Positions 12,911 to 25,990 are shown, counted from the stretch's first letter. The stretch is DNA of 64,000 bases from Camelus dromedarius (GCF_036321535.1 NC_087437.1:62374001-62438000); one strand, 5' to 3'. Made by a program: numbers and translations. Notes: generated by a model from the sequence alone, not told the origin.

Positions 12911-14072
12911 GTAAAGAACATTTAAACTTTTTGATTCTTTCAATCCTGTTTGTTGTCTTTGAGGGAAAATCCGTGGGCTTGTGCTGCCACAGCCCCACCA
13001 AGCGGGCTGTATTGTGGATGGAGTTTCCTTTTCAGCTGGGCTCGAAGACACAAGGCGTTTCAGTCTGTGATGAAGGCAGATTGAGCCGCAGAGAAAGAGG
13101 GCTCTGGACTGAGATGTGGGGTTCGGCAAGCCAGCAGTTTGTCCTTGAGAGTCCTGGGGCCAGACAAGAACAACTTCGTAGTTCAAGGGCCCAGTGCACT
13201 ATGCCCCCTTCTCTTTAACCCCCAGATGTCATCTGAGTCCTACTGCAGAGCAGGGACCTGGTTTAATCCCTGATTCTGGCATCCAGAGCTTATTGCCCCT
13301 TACGCATGGGAATCGAAACTTACCTCTGGCCAATTCCTTAATACCTCTGAGTGTTGGTGGCATTTCTGTCAAATGTGGACGCTCACATCTATTCCATAGG
13401 CCCTGTTGGGCGCAGGGTCAGCCCCTGACAAAGGAGAGTAGTAGCCAGAGCAGGCGTAGCAGCAGCCCCGATGGCCAGCTGGGGAACTACTTTCTTGCCC
13501 CTGAAAAGCGGGTGCCTATGAAGGACTGCTTCAGGCAGGCCCTGTTCCAGGTGAGGAGCCAGATTCTGCACCAAAGCTTCCAGACCCAAGGGGGAGTCAG
13601 GTAGCATCTTCAGCAATTTTCTATGTCTGAAGGTTTAGGAATAGCTTCCTCACTAAAACCTTTTCTTTTAATAAGTTTTTTTAACCTACCATCACTGTCA
13701 GAGTTCTTAGAGACAGTGCAGTGTTCTAGAAAAGTGATGACTGGATCACTGAGAGTTTACTGCCCTCTGTGTCCAGGGGTTCCTAAGACTTGAAAAAAGG
13801 CAACTTTGATGATCCCCTAGCCATTAGGGCAAATATCATCTCTATTCATCTTACTCTTTAAAGGGTTTTGTGTCTAGAATTATGAATGAGTAAACATCAC
13901 AAGAAAAAATTTGAAGCAAGTATAATACACAGTTAATTATATAGTTTTATTTCCTCATTCTTTAAACACTTCCCCTTTCCTACCACCCTTCAGCTAAAAT
14001 GCCCCGTATTGGAAAATTGGGGCAAATGACTTAAGCTGTAAAGAGATCAAGGAGGCCACTTCCAGGTCATAA

Positions 14073-14090
14073 CAGCGCCACCTGGTGGCA
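14073..14090 (-). promoter_or_regulatory. Candidate CTCF site (MUC13 intron 1)
   Basis: Reverse complement TGCCACCAGGTGGCGCTG matches the CTCF core CCASYAGRKGGCRS. Confidence 0.6.
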
Positions 14091-14269
14091 TTTCCAGTGG
14101 TCAGAGAGAACTGCTCTGAGGAGTATTAAACTCACACTGATAGTTCTGCAACCGCAGGCATAAATGATGGATTCCATATTAATTATATGTCACATTACCA
14201 TAATAGAATTAATACATAACTGAATAAGATACATATTAACTTTTGCAGTTTTGTCTGTTAAATTTTTTT

Positions 14270-17200
14270 GTTGTTTATTGAATTTTTTTTGTAATGTATT
14301 TTCATTGAAGTACAGTCAGTTTACAATATCGTGTCAGTTTCTGGCAAACAGCACAATTCTTCAGTCACATAGGAACATACATAGTTTTGTTCTCATATTC
14401 TTTTTCACCATAGGTTACAAGATATCGAATATGGTTCCCTGTGTTATACAGTATAAACTTGTTGTTTATCTATTTTATATATATTAGTGACGGCAAATCT
14501 CAAACTCCCAATTTACACCTTCCCACCCTCTTCCCGCCCCAGCAACCATAAGTTTGTTTTCTATGTCTGTGAGTCTGTTTCTGTTTCGTAAATAAGTTTG
14601 TTTCTTTTTTTTTTTTAGATTCCACATATAAGTGACATCATATGGTATTTTTCTTTCTCTTTCTTACTTATTTCACTTAAAAGGACATTCTCCAGTTTCA
14701 TCCATATTGCTGCAAATAGCATTATTTCATTCTTTTTTACTGCCGAGTAGTATTCCATTGTATAAATATACCACAGCTTCTTTATCCAGCCATCTGTTGA
14801 TGGACATTTGGGTTGTTTCCATGTCTTGGCTATTGTAAATAGTGCTGCTGTGAACATTGGGGTGCATGTGTCTCTTTGAATTAGAGTTTTCTCTGGATAT
14901 TTGCCCAGGAGCAGGATTGCTGGATCATATGGTAAGTCTATTTTTAGTTTTTAAGGAATTTCCATACTGCCCCCCATAGTGGCTAAACCAATTTACATTC
15001 CCACCAACAGTGTAGGAGGGTTCCTTTTCTCCACACCTTCTCCAGCATTTATCATTTGTAGACTTCTTTTTTTTTTTTTTAACATTTTTTATTGATTTAT
15101 AATCATTTTACAATGTTGTGTTCATTTGTAGACTTCTTGATGGCCATTCTGACCTGTGTGAGGTGATATCACACTGTAGTTTTGATTTGCATTTCTCTAA
15201 CAATTGGTGATGTTGAGCATCTTTTCATGTGTTTGTTGGCCATCTGGATGTCTTCTTGGAGAGATGTCCGTTAGGTCTTCTGCCTATTTTTTTTTTAATT
15301 GGGTTGCTTGTTTTTTTGATATTAAGCTGTATGAGCTGTTCGTGTATTTTGGAAATTAGTCCCTTCTTGGTCACATCATTTACAAACATTTCCTCCCATT
15401 CTGTAGGTTATCTTTTCATTTTGTTGATGGTATCCTTGGCTGTGCAAAAGCTTTTAAGTTTAATTAGATCACATATGTTTATTTTTGCTTTTATTTCCAT
15501 TACTCTAGGAGCTGGTTCAAAAAATACATTGCTGTAATTTATGTCCAAGAGTGTTCTGCCTGTGTTTTCCTCTAGGAGTTTTGTAGTATCTGGTCTTATA
15601 TTTAGATCTTTAATCCATTCTGAGTTTATTTTTGTATATGGCATTAGAGATCTAATTTCAATCTTTTACAGGTAGTTGTCCAGTTTTCCCAGCACCACTT
15701 GTTGAAGAGACTATCTTTTCTCCATTGTGTATTCTTGTCTCCCTTGTTGTAGATTAATTGACCATAAGTGCGTGGGTTTATTTCTGGACTATCTATCATG
15801 TTCAATTGATCTATGTGTCTGTTTTTGTGCCAGTATCATACTGCTTTGATTACTGTAGCTTTGTAGTATAGCCTGAAGTCAGGGATGTGATTCCCTCAGC
15901 TCCATTCTTCCTTTTCAAGATTGTTTTGGCTATTTGGGGTCTTTTGTGTTTCCATACAAATTTTAACATTTTTTTGTCCCAGCTCTGTGAAAAATATCAT
16001 TGGTAATTTGATAGGGATTGCATTGAATCTGTGTATTGCCTTGGGTAGTATGGCCATTTTAACAATGTTGATTCTTCCAATCCAAGAACATGGTATATCT
16101 TTCCATTTGTTTATGTCATCTTCAGTTTCTTTCATCAGTGTCATATTTTTCTGAGTCCAGATCTTTTACCTCCCTGAGTAGGTTTATTCCTAGGTATTTT
16201 ATTCTTTTGGGTATGATGGCAAATGATAGTGTTTCCTTAATTCCTTTTTCTGCTATTTTGTTATTAGTGTATAGAAATGCAACTTATTTCTGTATATTAA
16301 TTTTTTATCCTGCAACTTTACCAAATTCATTGAGGAGTTCTAGTAGTTTTCTGGTCACTTCTTTAGAGTTTTCTATGTATCGTATCATGTCATCTGCAAA
16401 CAGTGACAGTTTTACATCTTCATTTCCAATTTGGATTCCTTTTATTTCTTTTTCTTCTCTGATTGTAAGTGCTAGGACTTCCAAAACTATGTTGAATCAA
16501 AGTGGTGAGAGGGGGCATCCTTGTCTTGTTCCTGATCCTAGAGGAAATGCTTTGAGCTTTTCCTATTAAGTATGATGTTAGCTGTGGGCTTGTCATATAT
16601 GGCCTTTATTATGTTGAGGTATGCTTCATCTATGCCCACTTTCTGGAAAGTTTTCATTATAAATGGATGTGGAATTTTATTAAAAACTTTTTCTGCATCT
16701 ATTGAGATGATCATATGGTTTTGATTCTTGAATTTGTTAATGTGGTGTATCATACTGATTGATTCACGGATATTGAAAAATCCTTGCATCCTTGGAATAA
16801 ATCCCACTTGATCATGGTGTATGATCCTTTCAATGCATTATTGGAGATGATTTGCTAGTATTTTGTTCAGGGTTTTTGCATCTATCTTCATAAATGATAT
16901 TGGCCTATAATTTTCTTTTTGTGTGATATCTTTGGTTTTGGTATCAGGGTGATGATGGCCTCATAGAATGAGTTTGGAAGTGTTCCTTCCTCTGCAATTT
17001 TTTGGAATAGTTTCAGAAGGATAGGTGTTAACTCTTCTCTAAATGTTTGGTAGAATTCACCTGTGAAGCCATCTGCTCCCAAACTTCTGTTTGTTGGGAC
17101 TTTTTTAAATTGCTGATTCAATTTCAGAACTGATAATTGGTCTAGTTATATTTCTCATTTCTACTTGGTTCAGTCTTAGCAAATTGTACCTTTCTAGGAA

Positions 17201-20200
17201 ATTATCCATTTCTTCTAGGTTGTCCTTTTTTGTTGGCATATAGTTGCTCATAGTAGCCTCTTTTGATCCCTTATATTTGTGTGTTGTCAATTGTAACTTC
17301 TCCTTTTTCATTTCTGATTTTGTTAATTTGGGCCCTTTCCCTTTTTTTCTTGATGAGTTTGACCAAAGGTTTATCAACTTCATTTATTTTTTCAAAGAAC
17401 CATGTTTTAGTTTTATTGATCTTGTCTATTGTTTTTTTAGTCTCTATTTCATTTATTTCTGCTCTAATCTTTTTTCCTTCTACTAACTTTGAATTTTGTT
17501 TGTTCTTCTTTCTCTACCTGCTTTACGTGTAAGGTTCGGTTGTTTACTTGAGATTTTTCTTGTTTCCTGAGGTAAGCTTTTATCGCTATAAACTTCCTTC
17601 TTAGAACTACTTTTGCTGCATCCCAGAGGTTTTGGATCATTGTGTTTTCATTTTCATTTGTCTCAAGGTATTTTTTGTTTTCTCCTTTAATTTCTTCAGT
17701 GATCCATTGGTTGTTTAGTAGCATATTGTTTTCAGCCTCCACGTGTTTGCAGTTTTTGCAGGTTTTGGGTTTTTGGTTTTGTTTTTTTTTTTTTCTTATA
17801 GTTGATCTCTAACCTCATAGCATGGTGGTCGGAAAAGATGCTTGGTATGATTTCAGTTCTCTAAAATTTACCGAGGCTTGCTTTGTGGGCCAGCATGTGG
17901 TCAGTTCTGGAGAATGTTTCATGTGTGCTTGAGAAGAATGTATATCCTGTCGCTTTTGGATGGAATCCTCTACAGATAACAATTAAGTCCCTCTGGTCTA
18001 ATGTGTCATTTAAGGCCCATATTTCCTTATTGATTTTCTATCTGGATGATCTGTCCACTGATGTAAGTGAGGTGGTAAGGTCCCCCACTATTGTTTTATT
18101 GCCAATTTCTCCTTTTATATCTGTTAATAGTTGCCTTAGATACTGAGGTGCTCCTATGTTGGGTGCATATGTATTTACAATTGTTATATCTTTTTCTTGG
18201 ATTGATCCCTTGAGCATTATGTAGTACCCTTGTTTGTCTCTTGTAACAGTCTTTATTTTAAAATCTATTTTGTCTGATAGATGTATTGCTACTTGAGCTT
18301 TCTTTTGGTTTCCATTTGCATGGAATCTCTTTTTCCATTGCCTTTCAGCCTGCATGTGTCCTAGCTCTGAAGTGGGTCTCTTGTAGACAGCATATATATG
18401 GGTCTTGTTTTGTATCCACTCAGCCAGTCTATGTATTTTGGTTGGTGTGTTTAATCCATTTACAGTTAAGGTAGTTATTGATACGTATGTTCTTATTGCC
18501 ATTTTGTTAATTGTTCTGGGTTTGTTTTTGTAGGTCCTTTTTCTTAGTTTCTTTCTTTCTTTCTTCTTTTTCTTCTTTTTCCTTGTGGGTTGATAACTAG
18601 AGAAATTCCTTTAACATTTGTTGTAAAGCTGGTTTGGTGGTGCTGAATTCTTTTAGCTTTTGTTTATCTGAGAAGGTTTTGATTTCTCCATAAAATCTGA
18701 ATGAGAGCCCTGCTAGATAGAGTGTTCTTGGTTGTAAGTTTTCCCCTTTCATCACTTTAAATATATTGTGCCACTCCCTTCTGGCCTGTAGCATTTGTGC
18801 TGAAAAATCAGCTGATAACCTTATAGGAGTTCCCTTGTATGTTATTTGTTGCTTTTCCCTTGCTGATTTTAATTTTGTCAGTTTGATTGCTATGTGCCTT
18901 GGTGTGCTCCTCTTTGGATTAATTCTGTGTGGAACTCTCTGTGCTTCCTGGACTTGGCTAACAGTTTCCTTTCCCAAGTCAGGGAAGTTTGGGCCTATTA
19001 TCTCTTGGAATATATTCTCAGATTCTTTATCTCTCTCTCATCTTTTTGGGACCCCCCATAATGTGAATATTAGTGCTCTTCATGTTGTCCTAGCCTTCTC
19101 TTAAACTATCATTTCTTTTCATTCTTTTTTTCTTTTTTCTGTTCTACAGTAGTGAATTCCACTAATCTGTCTTCTAGCTCACTGATTTGTTCTTCTAGTC
19201 TATTCTTGGTTCCTTCTAGTGTGTTATTCATTTCAGTGATTTTATTCTTCCACTCTCTTTGGGCATTCTTTATATTTTCTAACTCTTTGCTAAAAACTTC
19301 CCCCTGTGCATCTATACTCCTTCTAAGTTCTCTAAACATCTTCACCATCATTACTCTAAACTCTTTCTTGGATAGATTGTCTATCTCATCATCACTAATA
19401 TCTTCTTCTGGAATTTTATTATCTTGTGTTTTAGCCTCAAAGATATTTCTCTGCTGCCTCATACTGTCTTTCTATTTGTATTTTTTGGTAGTTTAGTTAT
19501 ATTTTTTGACCTTGGAGAATTGGCTTTCTGTGGGAAATGTCCTATGCATCCCAGCAGTACACTCTTCTCTTGTCACCCAAGGGCCAGGGTCCAGCCAGTC
19601 CCAGGGTAGAATCTGGCCTGTGTTTGTGGATTCCTTCCACAGGCTTTGGGATTGTTGTTTTCTTATTTCTGATATCTTCTTCCCCCTGGTGGGTGAGGCT
19701 GGACTAGAGCCTTATGCAGGTTTCCTGGCAGGAGGAGTTAGTGCCTGTCCAATGCTGGGTGAGGCTTGGTCCTGGTCCTCTGTGGGTAGGGCCATCTCTA
19801 GGGTCGTGTCTAGAGGGGGGTTCAAGGCTCAGGAAGTCTGCTGATGGGTTGGGCTGTGTTCCCACCCAGTATGCTGTTTGGCCTGAGGCTTCCCAGCACT
19901 TAAGCCTTTAGGCTGTTTGCCGGGGCTAGGTCTTGGTGCTAATGTCCCAAGCAAGATGTCAGCCTCTGGGAAAGCTCACGTAGATGAGCACTCCCAGAAT
20001 GTCTGCCACAAGATTTCATGGCCCCAGGGTGAGCCACAGCCATCCCCTATGTCCCCAGGAGACCCTCCAAACCAGTAGGCAGGTCTGGCCCAGGTTTGTA
20101 TGAAATCACTGCCTCTGTTTCCCCCCGTCCTGTGGGGCTCCTGGAGCTAAGTCCTGCTAGTCTTCAAAACCAGATGTCCTGAGGTCTCCTCCTCCCAATG

Positions 20201-20545
20201 CCAGGACCTCAGGCTGGGGAGCCTGACATGGGGCTCAGAACTCTCACTCCTGTGGGAGGGGCCCTGCAACTTAATTGTTCTTCAGCTTGTAGGTCGCCCA
20301 CCCCAGTGGGGCTTTGGCCCGATTACATTGTGATCACACCCTTCATGCCGTTCCACTGTGGTTCCATCTTTATGTTTCCAGTTGAAATATCTTTTTTGCT
20401 AGGTCCCAGTTTTTTTGTTTTGTTTTATTTTGTTTTGTTGGTTTATTTTTTTGATGGTTGTTTAGCAGACAGTTGTGGTTTTGTTGTAGTCAGGAGGAGA
20501 GGTGAGCTCTGGATCCTACTACTCCACCATCTTGACCTCTAACCT
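14270..20545 (-). mobile_element. Near-full-length, inactivated LINE-1 in MUC13 intron 1 (antisense)
   Basis: Minus-strand order: 5'UTR (~20545-19500, starting near caagatggtggagtag); ORF1 fragments (19462-19109, 18977-18597); ORF2 endonuclease (18502-18038) and RT fragments ([37 protein letters not shown]); 3'UTR and A-rich tail near 14270-14290. Many frameshifts and stops. Confidence 0.95.
15069..15121 (-). mobile_element. Tiny 5'-truncated young L1 3' end nested in the older L1
   Basis: Poly(T) plus ~41 nt, flanked by a perfect 17-bp duplication tcatttgtagacttctt (15052-15068 and 15122-15138). Confidence 0.85.
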
Positions 20546-20691
20546 CCATATATTTTTTATTTTTAATGTAGTACACGATACTTATTTTTCAGAAAAGAAT
20601 ACATTAGGTACTAATTCGTTTTAAATAATAGCAGCTGCTATTATATATTCAATGTTTTGTCTTCTAAAACTTGATATCTTTGTTCCTCCAG

Positions 20692-21558
20692 CTAATAGAC
20701 CTCCCACCATAATTGCTACAAGCCTCACCACATCAATCCCTCCTTCTTCCACAGTGGCTGCAGGCAATTCAATATCAAACACTCCTCCTTCTTCCACAGG
20801 GGCTGCCGGCACCACGGCATCGAGCCCTCCTCCTCCCACCACGGGGGCTGCCGGCACCACGGCATCGAGCCCTCCTCCTCCCATCACGGGGGCTGCGGGC
20901 ACCACAGCATCGAGCCCTCCTACTCCCTCCACGGGGGCTCAGAGCACCACGGCGGCTACAGTCACGCCGGCATCGAGCCCACCTACACCCTCTACAGGTA
21001 CTCAGAGCACCACTGCATCAAGCCCTCCTCCTTCCTCTACGGGCGCTCAGAGCACCACGGCGGCTGCAGGCACCACGGCATCAAGCTCTCCTACTCCCTC
21101 CACGGCGGCTCAGAGCACCACGGCAGCTGCAGCTACCACGGCATCGAGCCCTGCTACTCCCTCCACGGTGGCTCAGAGCACCACGGCGGCTGTAGGCACC
21201 ACGGCATCGAGCCCTGCTTCTCCCTCCACGGTGGCTCAGAGCACCACTGCGGCTGTAGGCACCACGGCATCGAGCCCTGCTACTCCCTCCACGGTAGCTC
21301 AGAGCACCACGGTGGCTGTAGGCACCACGGCATCGAGCCCTCCTCCTCCCACCACGGCGGCTGCGGGCACCACGGCATCCAGCCCTCCTCCTCCCACCAC
21401 GGGGGCTGCGGGCACCACGGCATCGAGCCCTCCTCCTCCCACCACGGGGGCTGCGGGCACCACTGTCACGAAAGGTAATTTCATAGGGACTCTTCCTTCA
21501 GTGACTTGGGGCAGCAGCACTTCATCAGAGACCAACAGCCCAAACCCTGGTCCCACAG
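20692..21558 (+). CDS. MUC13: MUC13 exon 2: Pro/Thr/Ser-rich mucin domain with VNTR
   Basis: Acceptor tgttcctccag|CT at 20692; open frame within ORF 20652..21563; ends ...SETNSPNPGPT G|gttaag (867 nt, phase 1/1). An alternative in-frame donor lies after 21474. Confidence 0.85.
20782..21465 (+). repeat. Coding VNTR of 45-nt (GAAGTTASSPPPPTT) and 63-nt (VAQSTTAAVGTTASSPATPST) units
   Basis: Repeated core ggcaccacggcatcgagccctcct; about 12 units plus a partial. Confidence 0.92.
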
Positions 21559-22209
21559 GTTAAGAGCAATTCCAGGAAAGACTCCTCAGTGAGGAGTCAC
21601 AGCACTGTGATGGATGGTAGGTAAGTGTGTTCTCATGTAGTAGGGAAGTGCTTGTGAAGTGACTCAAGGTTTCCTTGGATACGAAACTCTAGAGTTAAAA
21701 AGTCTGCAGTCACAAAGACTAAGAGCGATGGCAGAGATGCTACAAGGTTGCCTGTAGGTCTATTCTGTTTTCCTTTCCTCCAGCAATTTGCCAGATGGGG
21801 AATATTTTTATGAACTTGGACTTCAGAAAAGCTGCTTTTCCAGCTTCTGTCTTCCTAGGAGATTTTTGGAAATAGTTTCAGCTTCTCTGAGAAAGTCAGG
21901 TCCTAATAAGCACTGACTCTCCAGCCCCACTGGTCTAGATCCCTGGTCTCCTGAAGGAAGGAGTCAGTGCTACCCCGGTTCCTGACCAAGTGCTATTGAG
22001 AAATATGACATTGCAAAAGTAGCTGATCACAATTTGGAATTTGAGGGATAAAAAGCCAAACCACAGCAGTGCTCAGTCCTCGTCCTAGACGTGAGCAGAG
22101 CCATGGTCCAGAGGATGGGTGTTTGGGGGTACTAAGAGAGGACAATTGACCTCAAGCCAAAGTTACTGAAACAGAAACCACTTGCCTCATTTCCCAAAAC
22201 TTGGTCTAG

Positions 22210-22440
22210 AGCAACGGTCAGCAAGTTTTATCAGTGAAGGCAAACTAGTAAATATTTTAGGTTTTGTGGGCCACAATGAGGTCTCTGTTACAGCCACTAA
22301 GCTCTACCATTTTAATATCAAAGCAGCTGTAGACAATATATAAATGAATGTGCCTGACTGTGTACCAATAAACCTTTAGAAGAAAAACAGAAGACTGGCC
22401 ACTATTGGCTCCTGAGTGAGAGTTTGCCAGCCCCTGGTCT
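22210..22440. mobile_element. MER58-like hAT fossil
   Basis: gtcagcaagtttt...tagtaaatattttaggttttgtgggccac...gtttgccagcccctg. Confidence 0.6.
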
Positions 22441-23204
22441 AAAAGAATCCTCAAACCTTTGCGTAAAGGGTCTAGATAAACTGTTATTCTCAGAAAGGGA
22501 AACTGAGGCCCAGTGAGGGCGGCAAGTTGCCCAAAGTCAAAAAACAATTGATGTCTCCCTACGCTTACTTCTTTGGCTTCCCTAATGTTCTTGGATAGAT
22601 CTAAGATATGGATGATTAAGCAAATGGAGGCAGAGCATGTGTCACAACCAGATTCCCAGTCTTCTTTCATGACAGGAGGAGCCACTCTGAAGGCAGCTAC
22701 ACAAATCCCGTGATCAGGAAAAGCAGCTTTTCTATGCCATTTCTGCCCTCCCCCCCCCCCCCCCCGAGTAAGGCAATCTGTGTTCTGGCCCTACACTCAC
22801 TAACTGTGGGGTGCAGGGCGAATCATTTCTCTCTTGGCCTCTACTTGCTCATCTGTAATCAGGTGTGATTGAACTAAATAGCCTCCCAAATCCCTTTCAC
22901 ACTGTAACATCATGTGACTTTATTCCCAGACACAGAAGAGCTAACAAGTCTGTCCTTTATTGCCAGGAAGAAAGCATGCAGGGAGTTGTCTGTCCAGTGT
23001 GTCCAGAAGGGAGCTGCACTCAGTTTCTTCCCTAGGATTTTCCAAATTATCCTTGCAGCATGGCTGAGGCTTATTTAAAAAGCTATTTACTTTCCTTAGA
23101 ATATTGATTTACACCTGGTTGGAGGGGAGAGCCTTACATTGTTTATGAGACACTGCATTATGCCTCCTGTGTTGCATGGAGCCTGATTTTTCTTCACTCT
23201 TAAA

Positions 23205-24030
23205 AAAATTCTTTTTAGATAGACTTTACTTTTTAGAGCAGTTTTAGACTCACAGCCGAATTGAGAGGAAGGTACAGAGATTTCCTGTATTCCTTGCTCC
23301 TATGCCTGCATAGCCTCCCTCATTATTAACATCCCTCACCAGAGGGTACAGTTGTGACAACTGATGAATCTGCACTGACAAATCATAGTTGCCCCAAGTC
23401 CAGTTCACATGAGGGTTTACTGCTGGTGTTGTATATTCTATAGGTTTGGATGAATGTAGAAGATGTGTATCCATAATTATGGTTTCATAAAGGTTATGTT
23501 CATAAAGACTTTCCTAACAATCCCCTGTGCTCTGCCTATTCACCGCTCCCTTCCAGCTAACCCCTGGCAATCACTGGCCTTTTTTACTGTTGCCATAGTT
23601 TTTCCTTTTTCAGAGTGTCATGTAGTTGGATTCACACAGTATGTGGCCTTTTCAGATTGGCTTCTTTCACTGAATAATATGCATTTAACATTTCGCTATG
23701 TCTTTTCGAGACTGAACACTGAATAATTTTCCATTGTGTGGCTGTACCACAGTTTGTTTATCCACTCACCTACTAATGGACATCTTGGTTGCTTCCAAGT
23801 TGTGGTGATTTTGAATAAAACTGCTATCAGTGTACAGGTTTATGAGCGGATGTGAGTTGTGGTAAATACAAAGTTAATATTTAGTATTTACCTTGGGTGA
23901 GTACTAAGGTCGGCACTTGCTGGGTCACATGGTAAGAGTACATCTAGTTTGGTAAGAAACTGCCAACCTATCTTCCAAAGTGGCTGTACCATTTAACATT
24001 CCTGCCAATATAAGAGTTCCTCACCAGCAC
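23205..24030 (-). mobile_element. Old L1M 3' fragment
   Basis: ttttagagcagttttagactcacag...ggacatcttggttgcttcca L1 3' motifs. Confidence 0.75.
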
Positions 24031-24295
24031 TATTTTATTTTTCATTTTTAAATAAAACTACATTAGGTCCAGAGTTATGGAAAAAGAAGCTTAAATTTAA
24101 TTAAAGTAAAAGAATAAAAGTATATGCAGTAAAAATTAAATCTCCTTCCCATCTTAAACCCCTAGGATACAGGACCCCAGTTTCTTTCCCCAGAGGCAGC
24201 TTCTGTGGCCAGCTGCTTGTGTTTGGGCAAATACAAACATATACACTTGTATGTTTGTATGTAGTCCCCTCCTTTATCATAAAACAAAGCATGTT

Positions 24296-25066
24296 ATTTC
24301 TAGATACATGCCCAGGAGTGGAATTGCTGAATCATATAGTTGTTCTGTTTTTAGTTTTACCATATGATCCAGCAATTCCCCTCCTGGGTATATAGCTGGA
24401 AAAAACAAAAACACTTATTCAAAAAGATGCAAGGACCCCAATATTCATAGCTGCATTATTTACAACAGCCAAGACATGGAAGCAACCCAAGTGCCCATCA
24501 ACAGCTGATTGGATAAAGATGTGAGAGAGAGATATATACACACACATACACACATATATATATTTATAAAATGCATGATATAGATACATTATGTATTATA
24601 CATATACATTATATATTTTATATATATACACATACACAATGGAATATTACTCAGCCATAAAAAGAATGAAATTCTGCCATTTGCAGCAATGTCGATGGAC
24701 TTGGAGGGCATTATATTAAGTGAAATAAGTCAGACAGAGAAAGACAACTGCTGTATGATATCACTTATATGTGGAATCTAAAAAATAATGCAAATGATGC
24801 ATATACAAAACAAAAACAAACTCACAGATATAGAAAACAAACTTGTGGTTAACAAAAGGGAGACGGACAAATTAGGGGTATGGGATTATCAGATGCAAAC
24901 TACTATCTATAAAATAGATAAGCAACTAGGATATATGATATAGCATAGGGAATTATAGCCATTATCTTATAATAACTTATAATGTAGTATAATCTACAAA
25001 AATCCTGAATCACCGTAGTGTACATTTGAAATTATAATATTGTAAATCAACTGTACTTCAATAAGA
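24296..25066 (+). mobile_element. L1 3' fragment with a short inverted 5' segment
   Basis: 24296-24357 is minus-strand L1 and 24358-25066 is the plus-strand L1 3' end; degenerate flanking duplication aaaacaaagcatgtt / aaaagagaccatgtt. Confidence 0.75.
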
Positions 25067-25990
25067 AAAGAGACCATGTTGTACACATTGTAGCTTATAC
25101 ACAGCTTTTTCTTAAGAGCAGTGATTTTCACCTATAGGATCATGTGAATCTTAAGACAGCTCTGAAGGTTGTCAGTCACATGATCTATTCTGAAATCAAA
25201 GCTCAGAATCATTTCAGTGGACAGAGATGAAGAAAGTGGCTAGCCAAGACCACCGTTTGGCCAGTGACCTATCTTCCCTTCTCGGGTCCCATCAGTTCTA
25301 CAGAGATAGGAAGGATGCTGCACCTGGCCTCGTCTTGGAGTCCTGGCCAGTGGTGCAGAGACCACTGTAACATTCTTCTCACCATTTATTCAGGTCATCC
25401 ACTCAGAAAGCCAGAGGGTGGAGTGTCCCCGCATTGCTTGCTCTTGGAATGTTCACTGAGTTAATCCACATTGTTCCCTTACTATCCCTTTCCTTTCTTC
25501 CTGGGTCTGTATGCCATGATGCTAACCAGAATAGAATAGCTTCTTTTTGGAGCGTCCTGCCTGGTCTTCCCTGTAATTGAGCTATTCACATCTTCCTGAA
25601 AAAATACGATGCTTTCTCTAAAATGGTTGTGGGAGCCCTACCTAGTGCTGGAGGACCAGACGTCAAGGTTCTGGAGGATCCTTGAGGTCCAACATATTTC
25701 CGTACTCCTTGCAGTTAGAAGACTGCTACCCCTCTCTGAGCAGACTCTTACCCACCAAACTCTGACCTTTACTGTTGACAAGCGCTTGGCTCCAGAATTT
25801 TAGCAACAAACTTCCTAGAGACGTAAGAAAATATGTATTTGTTTCTAGCTGTTCTAAGAGGGTACCATGGAATAGCACAGCTAAGGAACAGAAAGTGCCT
25901 GGGAGGGAGGCATGAAGGTTTAAAAGTATGTTTCTGGGTGTTATTTGTTGTCAATCTATGGATTTTTAATCTCTTTCTACTCCATTGCAG

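Noticed and set aside
12911..13218. Continuation of the 119-aa ORF starting at the MUC13 ATG
   Set aside because: Read-through into intron 1 past a good donor after 12910; no recognisable coding character.
14615..19462. L1 ORF1/ORF2 as an active retrotransposon or a host gene
   Set aside because: Broken into many short frames by stops and frameshifts; a fossil.
20621..21556. Minus-strand and shifted-frame ORFs (GGGGLDAVVPAAPVV; LPAPRHRALLL repeats)
   Set aside because: Shadows of the mucin VNTR in other frames.
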